Positions 8,869-15,300 of a stretch of 32,000 nucleotides of DNA are shown piece after piece. Source of the stretch: an uncultured Chloroflexia bacterium (GTDB lineage: Bacteria > Chloroflexota > Anaerolineae > Anaerolineales > Anaerolineaceae). The notes beneath the pieces are model-generated. The model saw only the letters and a program-made list of their open reading frames with translations. It was not told the DNA's origin and made no database searches. The stretch is from contig OY969938.1 in NCBI GenBank assembly GCA_963704755.1, positions 2,460,001 through 2,492,000 of the forward strand, given 5' to 3'. Every line of letters starts with the position of its first letter. The stretch's first letter is position 1. The position numbers were made by a program, and so were the translations under genes.

Positions 8869-9570
8869 ATGCTATCCGAGATCGATCTGTTCGTCAACTG
8901 GGTGCGCCGCCGTAATCCGCACAGCCGCACCTGGAAGGACTACGGCTACGATCTGCACCAGTTCGCTGCCCTGGTTGGGGATGCGGCCCCTGCCGCGATT
9001 ACCTTCCGCGACGTGGACCGCTTCGTCAACCTGCAAGTTTCGCGAGGGTTCCAACCCACCACCATCAACCGCCGCCTGGCCACACTGGTCTCATTCTTCT
9101 CCTTCCTCTCCGACTAGGATCCCACCTTGCTCTGCCCGGTGCTGCCCAAACGTCACCTGCTGCGCGAGCGCCAGCGTCTACCTCGCCCCGTCCAGGCGAA
9201 TCAACTCCAGGCATTCTTCCACGTTATCGACCGGGCAATCCAGTCTGGCGTCCCCGAAGCGATGCGCGACCGCGCTATGTTTATCCTCATGCTGCGCTGC
9301 GGACTGCGCATCGGTGAGGCAGCCAACTTACTGCTCACCAACCTCTACCTGGACGAACCTCGCCCACGAATGGTGGTCAACGGCAAGGGTTCGCGCGAGC
9401 GGCTGGTCTATCTCTCGCCTCAGGCGGAGCGCGCCCTGCGCCGCTACCTGGCTATCCGGCAAGATCCTGGCCAGCTCTTTGAGTGGAGCCGCCGGGATGT
9501 TGAATTGGACCGCCTGGGTCAGCGGCTCCGGCGTTTGCAGCATTCGTATTGCCAGCCGGAAGCCATCACT
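8869..9570 (+). pseudogene. Tyrosine recombinase (phage-integrase family) remnant
   Basis: AGGAGG lies upstream of the ATG. The N-terminal SAM-like domain reads MLSEIDLFVNWVRRRNPHSRTWKDYGYDLHQFAALVG...INRRLATLVSFFSFLSD. An in-frame TAG is at 9115-9117. The same frame then continues into the catalytic-domain start (AMFILMLRCGLRIGEAANL, GKGSRERLVYL). The HxxR and Tyr motifs are missing. GC is high. Confidence 0.7.
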
Positions 9571-9589
9571 GACCACTGGACGCTGACTT

Positions 9590-9900
9590 TGGCCAGGCCG
9601 GAGATCTGGAATAGTGATTAGGGCAATCATTTTGCCAGTCCGCAATATCTCGACCGGCTGAAGAATACTCAGATGCAAATCAGTATGGATGGCCGTGACT
9701 GGGTACCAGACAACATTTTCACCGAGTGCTTGTGGCGCTCTGTCAAATACGAGGAGGTCTACCTGAACGAATATGAGCATCCTCGCTGCGCCAGCCTGGA
9801 CATTGGCCGTTACCTGTCCTTTTATAACCTGGAAAGCCCCGCCAAGCCCTGGGCTACTGCACCTGGCCCAAGTATACTTTTCGTAGACCAGCAGACTGGT
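9590..9900 (+). mobile_element. IS3-family transposase C-terminal (DDE/rve) remnant fused to the integrase remnant
   Basis: The translation is ARPEIWNSD*GNHFASPQYLDRLKNTQMQISMDGRDWVPDNIFTECLWRSVKYEEVYLNEYEH...FYN. This matches the IS3 OrfB pattern (SDQGsqF...ISMdGRG..DNifvERLWRSvKYEevYL). There is a TAG at 9619-9621 in the SDQG position, and a further frame change near 9850 (ALGY is in another frame). Confidence 0.7.
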
Positions 9901-10229
9901 CGGCGTCATATTCCGTTTATCGCTTTTAGGGCCACCGGCAGGACAGGAAGAACAGAAGGCAGACAGACCGTTGCCAGTCTCTCTGCCCTGCCGTTTGGCC
10001 TGCGTTGCGGCGCTCAGGTCGGTCGGCATCGTTGCCCTATCCTCTGCACGCGGTCCGCCATTGTACCATTAGCGCTTGGCAATTTTTTAAGGTTCTGTCG
10101 AACCGAATAATCTTAACAAATTCAGAAAGGAGATTCCCACCTTAACTTACCTTGATCTCGTGTCGAAAAACCTGGACCTCCTCAATATTTTTGCTCTTAG
10201 TAAAATCTATTTTGAGGTTACCCGATGAT

Positions 10230-11093
10230 CTACACTAATTCAACCACCTTCATCCTTATCCCAACCCACCCATGATCTAAAATGAGATTAGCAACCTTAT
10301 TAGAAACGATAACTTCCCGAAAAGCTGTTACACCGGAACCAAACCATTCATATGTTCGAAAAAAATCAATGTTTTGCTTTAACGCTTTCCGATTAATTCG
10401 CATTATACCTTTTTCGTGCGGAAAATATTTAATAGTTCCGCAAACCGGACATGAAACTTGCCTCATCTTTTCCGTTCCGACAATACCGGGTTCTGCAATC
10501 CCGGGAATGTATAACTGATGAACTATTTCCGATGATTTTTTTGTCTTGTGAATGATTGCATTCCATTTTTCGAAACCGGTTATATCCTCTTTATCGAGAG
10601 TGGAAAAAACTAAAGATGTAGCAAAAAGTTCACCTACACCAATTAGTGACATGAATGACTTCCTTCCCAAATTTGGTTCTTTGTAAAGTCTCAAGGGATT
10701 TTTTTGCTCATAAATTCCACATTTTGGGCAAACGTTCTCTAAGCTATTTTGTGTGAATGGCCAATTGCCCTTTGGTTGAGGATAGCCTTGTTCAAACATG
10801 GAAATCAAGCGAACCCATTCAGCATTTCGGATTTCGTCTTGTGAAAAAAAAGTTTCAAAAATATCTCTATCGCTGTAAATTTTGAACCCCAAAAATCTCT
10901 TTAGAAGAGGTAATATTTGTCTCCACTGGAAATCATGCTCGGAAATATCAAAAGTCACCACAGAACCCCCTTCGCCAGGAAGTATTGTAGTCTTCGTTTT
11001 GATGCCAAGATCAATAAGTATAGGCAAAAGGTCTTGCGAAGAAAGGGTATTAAAACTTACATGATGAATTATCTCCATTGCTAATCTTTTCAT
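10230..11093 (-). CDS. Double-CxxCG-motif protein, possible orphan immunity protein
   Basis: The ORF is 287 aa and AT-rich, with two CxxCG motifs (CPKCG, CPVCG). From memory, a 'double-CXXCG motif' paralogous family is described in Myxococcus. I could not verify that assignment. Confidence 0.55.
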   Translation of the reverse strand: MKRLAMEIIHHVSFNTLSSQDLLPILIDLGIKTKTTILPGEGGSVVTFDISEHDFQWRQILPLLKRFLGFKIYSDRDIFETFFSQDEIRNAEWVRLISMFEQGYPQPKGNWPFTQNSLENVCPKCGIYEQKNPLRLYKEPNLGRKSFMSLIGVGELFATSLVFSTLDKEDITGFEKWNAIIHKTKKSSEIVHQLYIPGIAEPGIVGTEKMRQVSCPVCGTIKYFPHEKGIMRINRKALKQNIDFFRTYEWFGSGVTAFREVIVSNKVANLILDHGWVGIRMKVVELV

Positions 11094-11267
11094 CCTTTAT
11101 TCGAAAAAAATCTGGCGTATACAAATCAGGCCATTCTGTTGTCAATCGAAAAAGTACTAAGAATCCTCGTTTATCATTCAACACCGACGCGTAAAGGAGG
11201 CTTTGCAACCGGGATAAAGATATTGAATTGGTTGTCACAAGTTCAAATAGGTCGTTTCGGGTTAGTC

Positions 11268-11725
11268 AATCCGTAAGTATTGCTTTTAGTCTTTTGATCA
11301 TATTAGTAATTCGTTTTGCTTCAATTGTCTTAATTTCTTTCTTTATATCCCAATTGTCTTGTAACAAGGGTATACAATAAAATCTAAGCATAAATGCCGT
11401 CCTTCTCAATTGAAGCTCAACTGCCGCATCCCAAGTGATAACTTTGGTCTGTGTATAAAAATGTAGGCAACTTCAGATGGACAAAGAAGTTGATTACGTC
11501 AATGAAGTCAAACTATTTTTCTCTTGGTTCTTGTTGATCTCCAATGATGAGCAATGCTTACCTCTCGTTTACTACTTTTTCGAGTTCCGTCTTAGATAAA
11601 TGAAAAATCACGAGAGTATTTCCCATTCTTGGGGGGATCAAATTCTTTTTCTTAATGAGAAATTTGAATTCAGTCATCAAAAAATCGAAATAATGAACGA
11701 TCAAATCAGGCCTATCAATCAAAAT
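11268..11725 (-). pseudogene. Decayed paralog of the 7515-7976 immunity gene
   Basis: The minus-strand translation is IDRPDLIVHYFDFLMTEFKF...GNTLVIF...(stop)...LLIIGDQQE...FLYTQTKVITWDAAVELQLRRTAFMLRFYCIPLLQ...IEAKRITNM. It parallels DRSDLVIQYFNYLILEFGF...GNTLITF...TIGDQKE...FYTQTDTVSWDEAVEAQLKRVAFMLRQYCTPLLQ...IEAIRVSNM. It is interrupted by stops and frame changes. Confidence 0.7.
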
Positions 11726-12012
11726 ATCTTCTCCAAGATAGCGTCTTCATCTATATCGAAAAAGTTCAATACAGCGGACAATAAAAAAAATGCAAGATTT
11801 GCATAGGCGAAAAAAGCTATGATGAGACCCCATAGTCCTTTCCGGTATACCGTAATAGCTGTTAGTGACTTAAGGAAATCCATAATGAGTAGATATTCCA
11901 ATATTGCCGCATACCCGCCACCAACTATTAATTCGGTAAATTTACATCGAAGTCAACTGAAAAATATAGAAGGTTAGATTCTGAGGCAGGTTTTCTCAAG
12001 TCCATAAGGTCA

Positions 12013-12321
12013 TCAAGGTGTCCCAAGGATTTTTTCAAGTACTTCTTCAATTCGGTTGATAGCTTGATCAATCCGAGAAACATCAATATTTTGCGATGTC
12101 AATCTTTCCTTTTGCCAAGTCAAGAATATTGGAATGAACCAAGTCAAAGATACTAATCGCTTATCGATATTTTCGGGGTCTGTTAATTCTATTGACCTCA
12201 GCGTATTAACAAGTCTTTCCAACTCATCATGCCTGTAAACACCTTCTCTTAAGCCTCCTAAAAAACCATCGTTCAAATCCCAAGCTCTTTCCAATTCCTT
12301 TATTACTGTTTGGAAATCCAT
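12013..12321 (-). CDS. Putative immunity protein for the main Rhs toxin
   Basis: The ATG at 12321 lies 4 nt after the Rhs stop and has GCGAGGT upstream. An alternative ATG at 12354 would overlap the Rhs gene. The product is ~102 aa, helical-looking and acidic (MDFQTVIKELERAWDLNDGFLGGL...). Confidence 0.6.
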   Translation of the reverse strand: MDFQTVIKELERAWDLNDGFLGGLREGVYRHDELERLVNTLRSIELTDPENIDKRLVSLTWFIPIFLTWQKERLTSQNIDVSRIDQAINRIEEVLEKILGTP

Positions 12322-12325
12322 AGGT

Positions 12326-15300
12326 TTACCTCGCTTGAAAAATAGTTCTGACAATCGCTTCAGGAGGTATGTAATTTTTAATTAATACTTCCTGATACTT
12401 TAAAGCCCAATTAGATAACATTGTACCTTTACTTCCAGGTATCCCATTAGAAAAGTCAACGATCTGGGAATTTACTTTCGCCAAATTAATCTCAACCACA
12501 CCATTTTTTCCCCACTTTTCCAGCGTCAATCCCAAGTCCCTTGAAGTAGAGATCCATTGACTTTGAATTTTTCCGGCTACATGACTTACTGCCGAATTTC
12601 CTGAATTTATTGCCCTTGCAAATAAACCATTTGATGGATCTTCGCCTGTAGCTAAACCTCTATAAACCACCTGAGACGCGTTAGTTGCTGCTTGCTCTAC
12701 ATCTTGAGCTTCTCCTGCGCACATATCTCCTTGGCACACCGTATTGGCCGCTTCAACTACTCCGGCAGCGGTTACACCTGCAGCAGTTGCTTCAGCAGCA
12801 GATACTCCTGCCGCCCATCCTATACCTGTTCCAATCAAAGCTCCTGCAACAGCACCTCCACCAGCTGCAAGAAGCATGTGCCCCGTATTAAACTCAGTGC
12901 CGGTTGCAACTGTGTACGCCGTATATCCAACTGCACCTACGATTGCACCGACTGCTCCGCCGATTACAGCTGTTAAACAAAGGGGACAGTGTCCTGTTGG
13001 ATCATTGTATCTTAGAGGATTTTCATTTACGTAAGCATAGCGATCAAGCTCAAGAGGGTTTCGAATACCGGGCACAATAGTATCGGCTTGTATAAATCGA
13101 CCCAATGCCGGATCATACCACCTGGCCCCATAGTAATACAGCCCAATCGAGTCTTCGTTCCTTTGCCCGGTGAACTGGTAGTCCGTTGGCAGAGTTCCGC
13201 TGGTGTAGCGCGTCTCACCCCAGGGTTTATACAACTGCTTACTATGCGGGGTACCGTCTGCGTTGGCCACCACACTGGTCGAGCCCAGGTGATCGCCCAG
13301 CAGGTAGTACACTGTGTTGGTCGAGGCGGTGTACTCGCGTAATGCCACCCGCTGGCCGCCGGAATAGACATAATTGCGATAGATTTGTCCGGCCGGAACG
13401 GCTGCCTGCGCTGCCGGTTGGGCAACCGCCTGCTGCTGGCTGGCCGTCACGTCCGCATTCCCGTCACCAAACAAGCCGGCAATCCATCGCCAGACCTGCT
13501 GGATCATTTCGCTAACCGATGCTGCCGGGGATACACCCAACCCCAGGTGAGCGCCAGTATCAAACACCAGATCATTCGATCCGACCACTTCAGATTGGTT
13601 GTGGTCTTGAAGTGCCGGAATGCGGCTGGACCACATGTCGGTCAGTGGTTGAGCCTCAGTGACTTCTTTTCGGGCAAATAAGAAGTCATCGTTAGCTCCG
13701 GCCGGTGGTTCAGACGTCTTACTACCACTGAACAGGCTTCCCAGCCAATCTAAGACCTGCTGGCCAAAAGAACTGGCCGAGGAGGACATCGTGTTCATTT
13801 CGCCGGAGATCGAACCACCTCCAAAATCGTCCACGATGTTTCCATCCGTCATGGCCAGCCCGATATAGCCGCCCTGGTTATAATACTGCCAGGCGCTCAC
13901 ATCTGCCATGAGGATCAACTGGTCGTTTTGGTACACCCGTACCTGGCCGTCTGCGGTTGCCACGGCGCCAATACGGTCGCCATCGGCGAAGTTCACGGCC
14001 ACCATCTGGCCTGCCAGAATCCAATCGTCGATTGTCTCATCATAGGCTGCCACTGAAATCAGGCCGGCATCGGGCTCCAACCAGATGTCGATCATCGGGA
14101 TGTCCCCAGCATCGATCCACTGGCCCTTCAGCATAACCTCAATGTCATCACCGGTCTGGTCAATGTCGTTGAGGGTGAAATAGACCTCCTGATCGGCCCC
14201 ATAGGATGTGGTCCATAGGATGTAAGCCCAATCGTTCGTGGTCGATTCGATCAGGTGCTGGCTACTGATGGAGAATTCACTGGTCTGGCGGGCCCAATTG
14301 CTGCCAATGGCTCCGTTGGACCGGTTGAAGTCATCCAGGACGCCCGTTTCGGGGAAAGTGGGGTAACCCATAGGCGTGGTGGTGCCGCCGCCGAAATCGT
14401 CAATCCGGTCGCCATAACTTGCCGCAACGCCAATAAATCCACCTTCAGCATAATACGTCCAACCAGACATATCCACTGTCGTAACCAACTGTCCGTTGTG
14501 GTAGACCTCTACCTGCCCATCTGCGGTGGCCACACCGCCAATTTGGTCACCAGCTTGCAAAGTCACCGAAACAGGGCTGTCCGGAATATACCAGCCACTG
14601 TCCAGTTCGTATGCAGCTACCTGAGCGGTATCGGAACTGGGATCGAACCAGACATCGATCATGGCAATGGTCCCCTCGACATTGGATTGAGCCTTCAGGA
14701 ATACATCGATCGAGTTGGAGGAGGAATTGATCTGGCCGATGGTTAGATAAGCCTCTTGATTGGGTTCGTAATAATCGTTTTTCCAGATCAGGTATCCCCA
14801 CCCATCGCTGCTGGAGGTCATTCTCAACTTTTGGCTGTAAATGGCAAAGTCGCCGGTGTTACCGCTCCAGTTATTTCCTACCGATCCATTGGACCGGTTG
14901 AAGTCGTCCAGCACCGGATTTGTTGGGAATGTCGTTGGAACAGGGGTTGTTTCTGTTGGAACAGGCGTATCCGCCTGGGTTGGAATGGGTGTATCCACCT
15001 GGGTTGGGACGGGGGTATCGGTTGGTGTTGGCGTGACCGTCGGGATAAAAGCCTCGAAGTAGTTGCCGACATGGATGGTCGTTCCGGTATTGTCCACCGA
15101 TTTGACCATGTTCCCATCACCGTCATAGACATATGAGGCGCTGGCAGCGCCACCGGCGCCGGTCAGGTGGTTGTCGCTGTCGTAAGTCAGATTTAGAGTG
15201 GTATCGCCAGTGGTACGGCTTACCATATTCCCGTTGCAATCGTAAGTGTATGACGTATCTCCGGCTGCAGAAGCAGCGTGAGGAATGGCGCGATCACCCG

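Noticed and set aside
11719-11901. 60-aa hydrophobic minus-strand ORF (also 11600-11806 plus strand and 11050-11238 minus strand)
   Set aside because: These are short ORFs in AT-rich DNA that overlap the decayed immunity pseudogene or a neighbouring gene start. There is no RBS or motif support.
14963-15034. Short tandem DNA repeats here and the 18-nt repeats at 26478-26681, considered as possible CRISPR or regulatory arrays
   Set aside because: Both lie inside long ORFs, are in frame and encode TP-linker or hexapeptide protein repeats. They lack the repeat-spacer structure of CRISPR.
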